Origin: Octopus sinensis
Taxonomy: Eukaryota
DNA length: 64,000 nt
Direction of reading: 5' to 3'
Assembly (NCBI RefSeq): GCF_006345805.1
Contig: NC_042997.1
Coordinates: 155,930,001-155,994,000 of the forward strand
This document shows positions 23,772 to 37,373 of this stretch, in pieces. How positions within the stretch are numbered: the first letter of the stretch is position 1; every line of letters begins with the position of its first letter. The position numbers and the translations under genes were made by a program. The notes below the pieces were generated by a model. That model did no database searches. It was not told where the DNA came from and saw nothing but the letters and a program-made list of their open reading frames with translations.

Positions 23772-26544
23772 AATATATATATATATATATAAAGCACAAT
23801 TTATTCATGATCAGAGATGTTCGTAAACTGAGGTACTACTGTATTAAATGAATATGTGAAAGATAGGAGATAAAGCACGATTTATTCATGATCAGCGTTG
23901 TTTGAAAATCAAGGTACTACTATATACATATATAATCCAATTGGCAGATTTTTGCATAGCTTCCATCTCTCTAGTTTGACTCAGGAGGATTGGACTGACT
24001 TGAAACTACGGTAAAAAGATACAAAGAAGTTCACAAACACAGAGTCCCAGGACTGATCCCACTGAATGGTAGCTTGGGTAAGTACCTTTTACTATAGCTT
24101 CAAGTCAATCCAAGCTTTCTGAATGAAACCAGGTAGAAAAAAGCTGTACAGAAGTCTGTCAGTTAGATTACACCTGTAATTTAAAAGTTTAGCCGTAACA
24201 TTATGCTGATTGTGCTCGTGTACTGCATCAAGCATATTTGTAGACATTCAGCTGCTTATACACCAATTCAATGAGCAGGTACTTCCGTTCATCAAACAAC
24301 TGGATGCTCACTATTGAAACCAACGAAGATCCATTTTACAAATAATGAAGCAGTTATACTCTAGAAACAACATATGCACATCTTAAGTTGAAAAATCTTA
24401 TATCACCCACTGCTAGTGAAATTTTGTTGAATCCAGTCTTCATGTAAATTATTTTAACTGATGACTACACCCAATAGGAAACTAAATACTAAACAACATA
24501 AGAGTGTATGTATGTAATCTAAAGAGTCTAAATGTCTAAACAGAGTGCTCAATGCAGGCCTATTGTAAAGTATGTAGAGTTACTGTTAAACTTTCAGCTC
24601 AGCTCTAAGTTGACCAATGATTAAAGGCATTCAACTTACAAGAAATCATTTCTTTTTTGTCTTTTTCTCCCAAACATAATGTACCTAAAACCTCATCATC
24701 CGATATATCTTCCTTTTGAGACAATAAAAGTAAGATCTAAGGGAGATTTGGCACCTACTTTTAACATCAGTTTGAGTTACCAAAGTATATCCATTCTGCA
24801 GTTTCAGTGAGATACTTGCCTGACTACTTGTGTGACACCAACATGTGAATTTAAAAATATATAGCTGCATGCATATACACAAACATACATATTTTATTTG
24901 TTAGCATTTTTCGGTATCTAAAACATTTTTCTTCAATAATACTCCACAATTTTTTATTTTTAACTTGAAAGGTTCCTTGTCATTCTGAAACCTGAATGTA
25001 ATTCAGAAACCTGTCCTAAAATGCCTAAATTTTAATTTAAATTCCATTGCTACTATCACAAACTGGAATTTTTCCAAATTTCATATTATTCCATTATCTG
25101 ACTGAAGTAACTTATTTTTCTCCTTTCTAATTTGCATAAAAAAAAAATACTAACAAATATGAGTTAAAAAATCTTAATGTGACCTTACATTAATAGCTAA
25201 ATGACAGGTTTTCTAGTGTACTTAAGGAAGTTGATGAGTGAATCTAATCACCAACTCATGTGGAATTCAAGTCAGAAGAATGTCAACTGACACACTGATT
25301 GTAGCTGGAGTGAACTAATTTGAATTCAAACAGTATGGCGGCTGAGAGAAAATAGCTCTGAAGAACATTTTGCAAACTAACTACAGATCTAGTTAGTTCA
25401 GTTCTCACATATGTAACATAAGCAGACAAGGTAACTTAAATGACAAGTTGACCAAAATTTTTGGACAATGTAGACAGGGGTTTCCTATCATTTTCATTGC
25501 ATTTACCACCTAGCAACATTTTGAAAGCAAATTTGCCCCTATTCTGTTCTGTTCAACCATTTTATACTCCTACTACAATATAACAAATATGAAAAAGGAA
25601 ATTTAAAATAATGTTGTCTGAACTTAATGCTTAAAAACAGCAATGATAAAACAGCACAGAACATTGGTATGTTACTTATTTACAAACTAATGATAAACAG
25701 AGATACTGGAACCAAACAGTATAAAATAAAGTTAGTATTTTTTCACAGAAGAGACCTACTTCAAATTTTCTTTTCAACTTAGGATTTACAAAAAAAAAAA
25801 AAAGTAAAAAGAAAGCACAAATCCCAAATCAACAAATTGACCCCCTGGGTAAACAAAATTCACTCCTTGAGGGTAAGTGCCCCCACCACTGTCGTTTTGA
25901 ACATTCTTTCTCCTAACTATATCTTGATTTTGCAATCCAGAATACTTCATGTATCTAACCTTTTCATCTCAGAATCCTGGCAAACCTCCTGCTTTCTGCT
26001 TCTCTTTGGGCTATGTACACTTGTAAAACTTCTCTCTTACCTATATAATATCTCTCTTTGCCACCTACTTTCTTCCAGTCTTTTCAAGTCTCTCTCTTAG
26101 CTTTTTATTGCTCTATTTACATTGCTATTTTACCACTGTGTTATCTTATGTGTTACTGCTACTTTGCCCCAGCCACAAAGCTGAGTTGTAACTTTCAGTA
26201 GATTGTGTTTTAATGTTATATATAAACAATATAAACAAAATATACAAATGCACTCATCCTAACGATGCCAACATAGAAATGAGAAATTACATATTAAAGT
26301 AACCTAAAAATTGTAATAATTGTGGCTATAAATTGGTAATGACATTACATACAGTAAACAAATTAACTAATAATCAGTAATAGTGCACTATAACGACTGG
26401 ACAGTAAATAACTAATATGACTGATTCTTGAGGCAAATGAATGGTAGAAACCTCAGAAGTACTTAGTATGATGGTCAGCAAGTTAGCAGAAGGAATGACA
26501 TTCCAGTTTCTCAGAGTGTGAAATGAGAAGGTTCTAGTACAATA

Positions 26545-26930
26545 TTCTTTTATCTTCTATTTGTTTCAGTCATGCAGGGGTACCACTTTGAAAGGTTTAG
26601 TTGAATAAATTAATTCCAGTACTCATTGTTCAAAGTCTGGTAGTAATCTTATCAGTTTCTTTTGCCAAACAATTAAGTTATGGGGACAAAAACAAACAAA
26701 CACCAGCTGTCAAGTGGTTACAGTGGGAGACACAAACACAAAGGCACACACATATACATATATATACAATAGGCATCTTTCAGCTTCCCTCTACCAAGTC
26801 TTCTCACAAGGCTTTGATTGACCCAAGGCTATTGTAGAAGACACTTACTCAGGGTGCCATGCAGAGGGACTGAACCCTAAACCATGAGGTTGGGAAGCAA
26901 ACTTCTTACCACACAGTTGTGCCTACAGCT
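26545..26930 (-). mobile_element. SINE family A, near full length
   Basis: Runs from tttatcttctatttgtttcag to gggaagcaaacttcttaccacacagttgtgcc. Confidence 0.8.
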
Positions 26931-27875
26931 GTTGATAGTTTGAAAATGCTGATACCCAGTATAAGTGCTGGTAATCTATATGAAGGTTAGGAATATCAAT
27001 CAAACAGTTCATAAAGATCAGTATTCAACTAATTATTGAACCAATTTAATTCCTGATAATCTCACAACTGTGTATACTGAATTCATAAGGAAGAGTGCCA
27101 TATTCAGAACACAGCATTTATAGATCAATCAAAATCCATAATTTATTCTCTGCCATTACCTCCATCTTTTCTAGTCAGCCAATGTCATGTTTTCCATCAA
27201 CTTCTTCCTTGCCCATAGCCTAATGTTTCCCAACAAGCTGCTTTGTGGTTTTTCTAGACCTCTTTTACCAGATGTTTGTCCTTGCACTACTATAATTCCA
27301 TAGTGTGTTGCATAACCAAACCCCTTTTAGCAACTGACAGAAAAGTTCTAAGGTCTGCGATCTTCTCAATGTCTCTCTTTTATAAATACCATGAAAGAGT
27401 TCCAACTAATCAGTTAAGAAATAATGAAAATTTGAAAAATGATTTCAGAGATAAATATTTATGAATGATAATTTGCTATCTTCTTTCGAAAGAGATATCA
27501 AATACAGCACATTTTACAGCCATAAATAGGCAAAACAAATACTTATATATTTAAAAGTATTGCCAACATTTCATATATTACATATTTATCAAGCTAACAA
27601 GGATAAACTTTAGGAAAACAACACGATTATTATCATTGTTTAATGTCTGCTTTCCATGCTGGCATGGGTTGGATAGTTTGACATGGAGCTGGCTAACAGG
27701 GAGCTGTCCAGACTCCAACTGTCTGTTGTGGCATGGTTTCTACAGCTGGATGCCCTTTCTGATGCCAACCACTTAACAGAGGTGCTTTTTACCTATAGCT
27801 TTATAGGTATAGATAAGCTTTGGATCTGTGATATAGAAAGGTAAAAGCAGTTGAGGCTTCAGAAACATTTACTTG

Positions 27876-28300
27876 ATCATCATCACTTAACGTCCGCTTT
27901 CCATGCCAGCATGGGTTGGACGATTTGACTGAGGTCTAGCGAACCAGACTCCAATCTGATCTGGAAGAGTTTCTACAGCTAGATGCCCTTCCTAATGCCA
28001 ACCACTCCGAGAGTGTAGTGGGTGCTTTTACGTGCCACTGGCACGAGGGCCAGTTTGGTGGTACTGGCAATGGCCACACTCAAATGGTGCTTTTTATGTG
28101 CCACCTGCACAGGAGCCAGTCCAGCAGCACTGGCAACAACCTTGCTCGAATGTTTTTTTCATGTGCCACCAGCACACGTGCTAGTAAGGCGACGTAGGTA
28201 ATGATCACGCTCGAATGGTGTGTTTAACGTGCCATTGGCACAAAGGCCAGCTTTTGCTCTGGCAACGATCTCACTTGTATGGTACTCTTAGCGCTCCACT
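27876..28300 (-). mobile_element. RTE-type 3' end element with GC-rich tandem units and (GAT)n tail
   Basis: Reverse complement of the tail at 53650-53833 plus several atggtgctttttacgtgcca units. Confidence 0.8.
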
Positions 28301-28326
28301 ATCTATCTATCTATCTATATATATAT

Positions 28327-28358
<32 letters not shown>

Positions 28359-28857
28359 CATACATACATACATACATACAGACAAATAGATAAACAAAGC
28401 ATCAAGATGACAATTCAAATTATCTTTATATTTAGTTAGAAACAAATGCTGGAGTTATAACTCTACAGTGGTAGTTCAACAACAATTGATAACAGTAGGT
28501 TAGTTTAAATCTGGAAGACAAATCTATTGGTTTGAAATCCTCTTTTAAGTAAGTTGCTCATGTGTTTATTGAATATCTCTGTGTGTTTCAGTAAATACTG
28601 AAAATATTTCAGAACAGAAACAAAAAAAGAGACTGAGATTTAGGTTATTGAGTACGGAAGTTAAAATCATTTCATGATGTCAACTACTGAATGTAAAGAG
28701 ATCATGCCATTGAAGTTTTACAAGGATTTGATGGTTTTTCAAATAAAAATGACAGATTATGTTAAACAATATATAGTTTCCTGCTGGTATGTTATTGCAA
28801 AGGATGAATGCATATACATACAATATTTTATATATATATATATTTTATATATATATA

Positions 28858-28903
<46 letters not shown>

Positions 28904-30304
28904 CACATCACATGTGTACTAACACATACAATATGCACAAAATCCCAATTATACATGCAGATACAACTTTCTCAAATGGAAGTGTACCTACAAAAATGCA
29001 CACCCTTGCACATGCTCAAAGCACGCACACACACACACACACGCACAAAGATAATAGCTTTTTAATTTCTGCTTTATGTATGCATGACTGAAATTCAAAT
29101 AAACTTTTATGAAATCAATATTGAAAAATCAAAGCAATATGAAGGAGAGAGAGAGAAAGAAAGAAAGAAAGAAAGAAGGAGGCAAGGAAAGAGGGAGACT
29201 GAGACATTTATTCAATGTTATCACAGTAATAGTTCTCCACTTACTCATCTAGATAAATGTAAATAATAAGTTTTAGTTAAAAAAAGAATTTAAATTATTA
29301 AATACTATAGTCAATAGGCATTGATCAATTTTTAATGTCAATCTTTTTGATAGTATATATTTATACATGACCATATGTAATGATATCCATGTAACATATG
29401 CCTTCCTTTGTTAAAAACAAGAGAGATTCTAACTATAAAATATATGCAAAGTGAATGACTCTGTACACACACACACCTATTCTAAAGCAAAAAAAAAAGT
29501 GTGATGCTATATATATATATACATACACACACACACAGATCAGTCATTTTGTGTTTTCCCACAATACCATGGGTTAGACACAGACACACGCGCATACACA
29601 TATATATAACAGAGGCACTGTTTTACAGATGAATATTTTTTCCTCTCATTAACACCATAATTTTATCAAGCAAGGGATCTCTTATCTCACATGTCTTCAA
29701 AAGCGTAAAGTGAGTAGATGATTTGTTTACCGAAGTGATAACAACAGAAGCACCATTTGTAGCGAGCAACTTCCATTAATTACAAATGTAAATGCACACA
29801 TACAATGGGCTTCTTTCAGTTTCCATTTATCAAGTTTACTAACAAGGCTTTGGTTGCCTATATTTGAAATGGAAGTCACTAGCCTAATGTACTGTGCAGT
29901 GGGGTTGAACCCAAAACCAAATACTTCAGATAAAAAACTTTTAACCACATAGCCATTCCTGCAGATTATTGTATTCTCAATTTAATCAATGCTTTGTGTG
30001 TGGAATTTTTTAGACGAAGACTGTTCCAAAGCATGCTACACGCGCATCTGTGAGTGTGTAAAATGGTGCAATTTATGTTAACGTCACTTTATATCTTCTA
30101 ACTTAGCAGTTCAACAAAGAGAAAAATAAATACTGGGGTAAATTTGGTTGACTAAATTCCTGAAGGAAATGCCCCAGCATGATCATATTTTGACCACTGA
30201 GATCCATAAAAGAATGATTTCAAATTTTATGAATAATAAACCAGTTTTTTTTTGTGTAGATTATATAAAGCTTGTATACAAATACTTTATATATATATTT
30301 GTAT

Positions 30305-30660
30305 GAATATTTAAGGTCCACTTTTCTATGATTACATGGGTCAGATAGAATTTGTTGAGGCAGATTTTCTATAGTTAGATGCTCTTCCTGTCACTAAACC
30401 CTTACCTGTTTCCAAGTAAGGTAATATTTCTTGCTGGCCATATATGCTTTTCATGGAAGACTAGAAATGAACAACATTGCATGTATGATGGTTATGTTCA
30501 TTTTATAACCATCACTGATGTCAAGTATACAGGTACACACACACACACACACACACACACAACAGGTTTCTTCAGTTTCCTTCTACCAAATCCATTCATA
30601 AAGCTTTGGTTAGCCCAGGGCTATAATACCAGATACATACCCAATGTGACACAGTCAAGA
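30305..30660 (-). mobile_element. Composite SINE
   Basis: Same architecture as 11125-11560. Confidence 0.7.
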
Positions 30661-33099
30661 CATATATATATATATATATATTTATGTGTGCATGCATGTG
30701 ACAATAAACCAAGGTAGTTTAATTAAAAAAAGTTTAATACATTCTGTTATTAATTCAAAATTAGCATTCCTACGTTTAAATTAAATGCATAAGTTTGATG
30801 TAACAGAGTGCAATTAAGTGCAAAAATGTTTTTATTCAATCAGCTGATTAATGATACATCATTAATGAAGATCAAACAGCTATAATTAGTAGTGTATAGT
30901 AGTGCAAAGAGCCAAGTTCTTGTTACTTGGCAATATTCCCCTTCTTGTAAAGCTACTCAACTAGGTAATTCAATTATTAAATGATGAAAAAGCTTGACAA
31001 AACTTTTTCTTTCATTCTATCTTAGTATAAACTTTAGTCATAATTAAAAGCTTTATGTTAATTTATAGAAGATCCTTGAGATTTTTATACTCAATTTAGC
31101 TAAGGCTCTTACAACCATTGAGATGGAAACTAAGCAGAATATTTAAAAAAAAGGTATTTAGCAAGCAGTGTGAAATAGACATTTAGGCAATATATAAGAC
31201 AAACCAGTAAGGGAAACTCTATGTAGTTATTCAACAAGTGGCAGCCAAACTGCCGTTAATTCACATCCAACCATCTTTAAAATGGGCTCAATAGTTTATG
31301 CAGTCTGTCACAAGGCCTAATGGACTCAAAGCTGGAGCACAACCTGGTTTCCATGGCATATCAGTGAGTGAGATTAGAACACTCCCACTAAATAGGATGC
31401 CAGTCTGACGCAGGGTTAACTTCCCGAAACATTTGTCACCATTACATAAGTGATATCTTCTTCTATAATCTTCTCTAGAAACATCTGGTCATGAGGAAAT
31501 ATTACTTTATCTGGAAACAGGTAAGGGTTGGTGACAGGAAAGGCATTCAACCATAGAAAAATCTGTCTTTATAAGTTATGTCAAACCCATTCAAGCGTGG
31601 AAATGTGAACATTAAAATGACAATACACACACATATATTTAAAACAGGCAGTGTTCTAGCAAAACCTAAACTAATAATATTTTTTTCATGATATTTTGCC
31701 TAACAACTTTTTTGATACAAATTTTTGGTGCATGGGACCAAAACTATAAAATTCTTCATACATTCTTCTATCACTAAGATAAATATATTTTGCTTTTAAA
31801 ATAATAAAAAAAGTTATTTAAATCTAAACTTGTTTGGTGGTGTTACTTAATCTCCTATAATGTTGCTACAAATTTTGATGCAAACTTTTTCCATCTGAAT
31901 CAAATCTCAATTTTTTTTAATGCCAAAATGTAGCTAGGGACCAGCCCTCTTCAAAAAAGGTTAACAGTTTTCAATTTAGTTAAGAACTGAATTAGCGACA
32001 AGCTCTGAAAATGCCATGTGTGAGTAAATTGCGGCCTTAAGAACATTATTCAATGACTATTGTAGTTGAATGATGTATGTGGGTTTTCAATGAAAAAGTA
32101 AGTCAATTGAAAAATATTTATTACACTACAATGAAGATAACTGAAAGACAATTCTACAAGATTTTAAGTCATTTCGTGATTTCAAGAAATCTATCATTAC
32201 AAACGAAAAGTCAAGTCTTTGGATAATGCCAAACTATATATTAACACCATAACAGTAACTCTTAACAAACTCTGGAGAAAAAGAAATGTAACACATATGC
32301 ACACAAACACACCACTTGGTTCCCTACCCCCAGTAGTTTCACTTTTTCTGCAATAGCTATTATTAATCATGGTTGGCCAAGTCTTAAAAACCAAATGATG
32401 AAACAAAGTGAATAAGCAGCAGCTGCCACCACCATGTGATACAATTCCAACAACATATGAGGTAGTGTAGAATGAAATGTAATGACAAGCACTTCACTGA
32501 ACTTAGCCACGATTTTTTTAAAACCTCATTATGTGGCTGCTTTGAAGTTTTGAAGACTACACCCTGAGAACTTCTACCATTGGCATGATAACAACAATGG
32601 AGCAAAATCTTTTCCCAAATTTTCTCAAGCTGAACTTTTAAGTAAACAATCTAAGAAAACAATGTAATTTTAGGTAAACAGATTTGTTCATTTTAATCAT
32701 AAACTGTAGCCAAGCAAAACTTGTAAATCAGTGTGTTATGAATTAGAACAAATTGGAAACATTTATTTATAGGGCTTGTTCTCTCATAAGCATGAAAAAG
32801 AAAAAGACAATCATACATTTTTAAAAATACTTTTGAAAAACATGTGTCAAGCTTGTGCTATTCTCTTTTATTCTATGATCTCTCAAGTAGTAGTTAAATG
32901 TTTCTGTTGAAGTGTTTTGAAATCATGTGAGAGCCCAGTTCTGGTCTTCAACTTCAGGAAACACATGGTAAGTGTTCATGGAATTAATTTTATATGTACA
33001 GATTCTGTGACATAAGTTGTGTTTATTGCTACTGTTACACAATTAAAAATAATTATGTTAACAGATATTACATAACTGATTTCAAAAGGCATAGATATA

Positions 33100-33880
33100 T
33101 ACACATGGAAAACCTGAAAGGATGATGGTTGTAGGAAACATTACCAAATAGCTGAAAGGGCAGCAAGGCAATAGGTATACTTGGCAGCTAAGCAACAGGT
33201 ATACAAGGTGAGGCAGGAAAGAAGAGATTTGCAGGTCTCACAATGTGGGGGGATCAGAAGCATGAGATGTTCAGGATTGTGAAAATGTGAGAGACAAGAT
33301 GCTATTGGAGAGAAGTTATGTTCAAAATGATAAAGGCATATTCACCATCAATACAGAAGACAAAGTTGTGTGGAATGCTATTATGAGAGATTACTGAATC
33401 TGAAGAATGCATGGGATATAGACGGGTTACTTGATGCTAGCCCTAGAGATGGATCAGCAAGTCTGACTGCCCATGGGAACTCATATGCTGATCTAGTTCT
33501 CATAGCTGAAACCATAGGGGAATTAAAGAGAAATCTCCAACCTTTGAAGCTAATTGAGAGGTCTTAAGGTAAACTAAACAAAAGTGGAGGTTTTAGTAAG
33601 TACATAAGAAAGGAGACAAGACCTTGGTATCTTCAGGGAAATGACCTTACTTGATATGCAAAAAAGTAGGTATAAACTCCATCTGCTGTACCCAATGTGA
33701 CCTGTGTACACTCAAAAGATGTAGTGGAATCAGAGGCAGACTAAGAGAGAACACAAGCTTCATATGTGACAGATGCACTGGAGCAGTAATACTTGCTATA
33801 AGCAGATCAGAAATAGATTCCCTTAAATGCCTGGGTGGCTCACCAAAATTTACTGATAGCTTTTGTTAACTAGGAGACAC
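33100..33880 (+). mobile_element. Decayed, internally deleted RTE-clade LINE ORF2 with PHD-like finger
   Basis: Motifs in order: ECYYERLLN, CPWEL, YAD-LVLIAE (YADD), RGLKVN, ICKKVGINSICCTQCDLCTLKRCSG…FICDRC, FTDSFC*LGDTI (F.YLG). Confidence 0.8.
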
Positions 33881-33894
33881 AATCTTTTCTACTC

Positions 33895-34062
33895 TAGGCA
33901 CATGGCCCGATAAGATTGATCCCAGTACACAACTGGTACTTAATTTATCGACCCTGAAAGGATGAAAGGCAAAGTCAACCTTGGCAGAATTTGAACTCAG
34001 AAAGTAAAGACAAACAAAATACCGCTAAGCATTTCACCCAGCGTACTAACATTTCTGCCAGT
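33895..34062 (-). mobile_element. SINE family C
   Basis: ccccagtacacaactggtac…ggatgaaaggcaaagtcaacc…gaatttgaactc…ctaagcatttc…ctgccag. Confidence 0.8.
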
Positions 34063-34611
34063 TTTGTTGAACTCAGATGTTATGAGATGAGAGTGCAGAT
34101 GATACTATGCAAGTTCTCTGAACTTAAAATTAAGTTGTGCACCAGTCATGTCTTTGTGCTCAACTGATGTGAACTTCTTGATCCCGGAAGCAGATGGTGG
34201 AACTTTCATTGTTGGGGTTGAGGCTCTTATGCACATATATAACAATGGTGTACTGCTGCTTGTGTAGTTTCTTCACTGCAAAGCTACCCAGGAAATGTAA
34301 TATAGGTGAGAGCAGTTGCAAGTCTCTGGTTCCACATGTGGCTGCCTTCGATTACAGAATCATTTAGCAAAAGTCATGGTCTTCATTCATCACCAATGAA
34401 CAAAAATGATAGTTAACTACTTTTTGAAGCACTGAGATATTATTATGTGCAGATTTGCTCATAAGAACAATCATCCAATCCTGTATATTATACATACACA
34501 CATTTATGATACATACACATATATATTATACATATACATATTGTTTACATATGAATATATTACACACACACACACACATGCTCCTGTCTTCAGATTCAAC
34601 AAGTAAAAATA

Positions 34612-34850
34612 TATATTTCTTTACTACCCACAAGAGGCTAAACATAGAGGGGACAAACAAGGACAGACAAACGGATTAAGTCGATTACATCGACCCCAGT
34701 GCGTAACTGGTACTTAATTTATCGACTCCGAAAGGATGATAGGCAAAGTCGACCTAGGCGGAATTTGAACTCGGAATGTAACGGCAGACAAAATACTGCT
34801 AGGCATTTCGCCCGGCGTGCTAACGATTCTGCCAGCTCGCTGCCTTAGCA
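34612..34850 (-). mobile_element. SINE family C, young full-length copy
   Basis: Reverse complement begins aaggcagcgagctggcagaatcgttagcacgccgggcgaaatgc and contains the B box gttcaaattcc. CpGs are retained. Confidence 0.9.
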
Positions 34851-34861
34851 AGTAAAAATAT

Positions 34862-35092
34862 ATGTGACATGGTTGTGTGGTCAAAGAAGTTCACTTCACA
34901 ACTTGTGGTTTCATGTTCAATCCTACTGCATGGCACCTTGGGCAAGTATCTTTGGCATTCTTTCGTTACCTGTGTGCATGTACTTTTATGTTTGTCACAC
35001 CGTCGCTTGGCAACCAGTGTTTGTTCAATAGAGTAAGTACGGAATTTTAATTAAGCAGCATAGCCACAGTCCAATGACTGAAACAAGTAAAA
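34862..35092 (+). mobile_element. SINE family A, internally deleted
   Basis: Head tggttgtgtggtcaaagaag…gttcaatcc and tail gactgaaacaagtaaaaa. Confidence 0.7.
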
Positions 35093-35136
35093 ATGAATGT
35101 GTGTATGTATGTGTGTCTGCGCACACACGACTTTAC

Positions 35137-35182
35137 ATTCGTCTTTCCTCCTCTTCTCTCACTTGCTCGACAATGACGCTAG
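35137..35182 (-). CDS. Candidate 46-nt exon (ASVIVEQVREEEERR)
   Basis: ttattttgataactaaag|CTAGCGTCATTGTCGAGCAAG…CGAAT|gtaaag; locally CpG-rich and protein-like. Confidence 0.3.
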
Positions 35183-35989
35183 CTTTAGTTATCAAAATAA
35201 CTTTAGTTCATAAAGTTCTATTGAAATGCACAGAAAAACCAGCAACTGCCAAAGGGAAGTAACTTGCACCTACAACTTCAATAGACCACTTGACAACTAC
35301 TAAAAGTCATTCACTGTTAAGAGCTGTCTTTTACAACATCGAGCTATATTGGAATCTATAATTAGAAAAAACAAAAACAAAAAAAAGCAAACGAAAAAAA
35401 ACCCCCATGAAACTTGGGTATTTTTACAATGGAAAGACAATGATATCTCATTACTAACATCATTCATTCGCCCCCGCCCCCAACTTGAGAATTTAAAGAA
35501 AAAATTTAAAAAAGCAATAAAATAACAAATAGCAGCTAGTCAGTGCAGTTTCATAAAAAGAGTGTACAATTTTGAGACAAACGTTTTTCTATTAATAAAC
35601 TGTTCTACCATAGACAAGTTTATTATCAGATTTTGCTGGATTTAAGGAGAATACAGAAGTAGTTATTGATAAAACTTCATTTGAAAGTGACAACAGCATT
35701 CTTCTTATTTTCTGTCAGTATTCAATTCTGAGTTAAAAAATAAAACCTACATACTATAGGGAAAAACAATTACACGCGCAAACTTGTAACAGGGATCTGA
35801 TGAGGTATATATATTTAGATTTTAGATATACCCCACCATCCACCCCAGTCTTAACGCTACCACACCATTTAAAATTTTATCACACAACTGATTAGTAATA
35901 AAATTATTCTCAATACTTTACATTGAAATCACAACATTTTTACGATGCTGCCAAGTTTGTCGATAAGGGATGTTTTACAACAAACAAGG

Positions 35990-36152
35990 CATTAGGAACA
36001 TAAACTTGCTAACAAACTCAGTGAAATATGCCTTGAATTTGCTAACACATCCTTTGAAATACTCTATAAATTTGCTTACAAACCCTGTGAAATACTCCAT
36101 AAATCTGCTAAAACACTCCATGAAATACTAAACTGTGCAAAACTCCATAAAT
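35990..36152. repeat. Degenerate 33-bp minisatellite (about 4-5 units)
   Basis: Units such as aatttgctaacacatcctttgaaatactctata / aatttgcttacaaaccctgtgaaatactccata. Confidence 0.75.
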
Positions 36153-36854
36153 TTAGAAAGAAAGAAAAAGAGAGAGAGAGAGAGTGTGTGTGTGTAAACA
36201 AAATCATGCTATACCAACATTCTGCTTTGTTCTTAAAATTGTTACCAAAAGTGAAGTGAAGAGGATATGCTGTTAAAATGTGGGTTAACTACATTTAAGT
36301 TTTTACAGATTAGGGCTACAATAACTGAATAAAACTGTCAGAGAGGGAGCATTTACATGGTTGGTTGATCTATCTGCTATGAACAATAGCCAAATCACCC
36401 TAAAATTATACCCTACCATCTTAAAAATCTGGATACTGTAGTCCTAGACATACTGTCTGGACACAGAAAATGAGATGGGATGGTCAGTGTTGGAACATTT
36501 TTGCTCATAAGGTCTATGGAATCACTGCTGACACGAGGCTGAACAATTATTGCATCAATCTCAATTTGAATCTCTTTTTTAATTCTTTTTCAACAGAATT
36601 TCAAGGCAATTAAAGTGTTTTAAAACTGGTTCTGAATAATTTAGTGATTGTCATTGCTTATTAAACATCTACAATATTCATATTCTGCTTGTTAATATGA
36701 TAAAACACATGCTGTCATGACAATGGAAATAAAACAAAGAAACAATCTATCATATATTATTATGTTTTATGTAAAACAACTACCTGATATACAATGGAAT
36801 GAAATGAAGGACATTATTAAAAGCACCACAACAGTTATATTATTCATAAAACAA

Positions 36855-37075
36855 GGAAGGTGGTGAACTGGTAGAATCGTTAGAATGCCAGGTGAAATGC
36901 TTAGTGGTATTTCGCCTGTCTTTATGTTCTGAGTTCAAATGCTGCCGGGGTCAACTTTTCCTTTCATCCTTTTGATGTTGATAAATTAAGTACCAGTGTG
37001 TACTGGGGTGGATCTAATTGACTGTCACCCTCCCACCAAATTTCAGACCTATAGTAGAAAGGATTATTCATAAAA
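36855..37075 (+). mobile_element. SINE family C
   Basis: aaggtggtgaactggtagaatcgttag…gttcaaatgc…gtaccagtgtgtactgggg. Confidence 0.8.
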
Positions 37076-37147
37076 CAAGTAACTGATAAATATTTTGACC
37101 TCGTGTGTACCGTTGGCGATTTTTTTTCCTGTCTTCCCTTCTCCTAT

Positions 37148-37182
37148 GTTTCCGATGAAGAGCTCCACTCGAAACGTTAAAC
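37148..37182 (+). ncRNA. Minimal type I hammerhead motif, copy 1
   Basis: Stem I GTTT/AAAC, core CCGATGA (+A), stem II GAGC-TCC-ACTC, GAAA, palindromic ACGT stem III, H17=U. Confidence 0.6.
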
Positions 37183-37276
37183 CCTCCTTCTTCCCTTCTT
37201 TCCTGAGCGTCCAATAATACTATATTTGTTCCACGTCCTCGCGTTGTTGTGTTTTTTTGTGTTTTCTTGTTTGGAT

Positions 37277-37312
<36 letters not shown>

Positions 37313-37373
37313 ATTGCGTGTGTATTGTTGGCGATTTTCTTTCTCCGTCTTCCCTTCTTTGGACTTTTTTTAT

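Larger units (their letters stand above)
23461..23920. mobile_element. Tigger/pogo-like MITE arms (one left, two right) enclosing a nested insertion
   Basis: Left arm 23461-23510 matches the reverse complement of 23871-23920 at 47/50 and of 23790-23839 at 43/50. The latter ends GGTACTACTG-TA, a Tc1/pogo-like CAGTAGTACC terminus. Confidence 0.65.

Noticed and set aside
27080-27400. Possible RTE C-terminal remnant on the minus strand (ARKKLMENM…EVMAENKLW)
   Set aside because: Too degenerate to assign without a profile search.
28674-29065. ORFs rich in YIYIY / THTH (also 14304-14734, 37249-37533, 38618-39026)
   Set aside because: Translations of (TA)n and (CA)n microsatellites.
34060-34420. 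Protein-like minus-strand stretch (KLHKQQYTIVIYVHKSLNP…)
   Set aside because: No diagnostic motif, interrupted by stops and without clear splice signals.
34760-34850. tRNA-like head with A/B boxes
   Set aside because: It is the 5' domain of a multi-copy SINE with no complete cloverleaf, so it is not called a tRNA gene.
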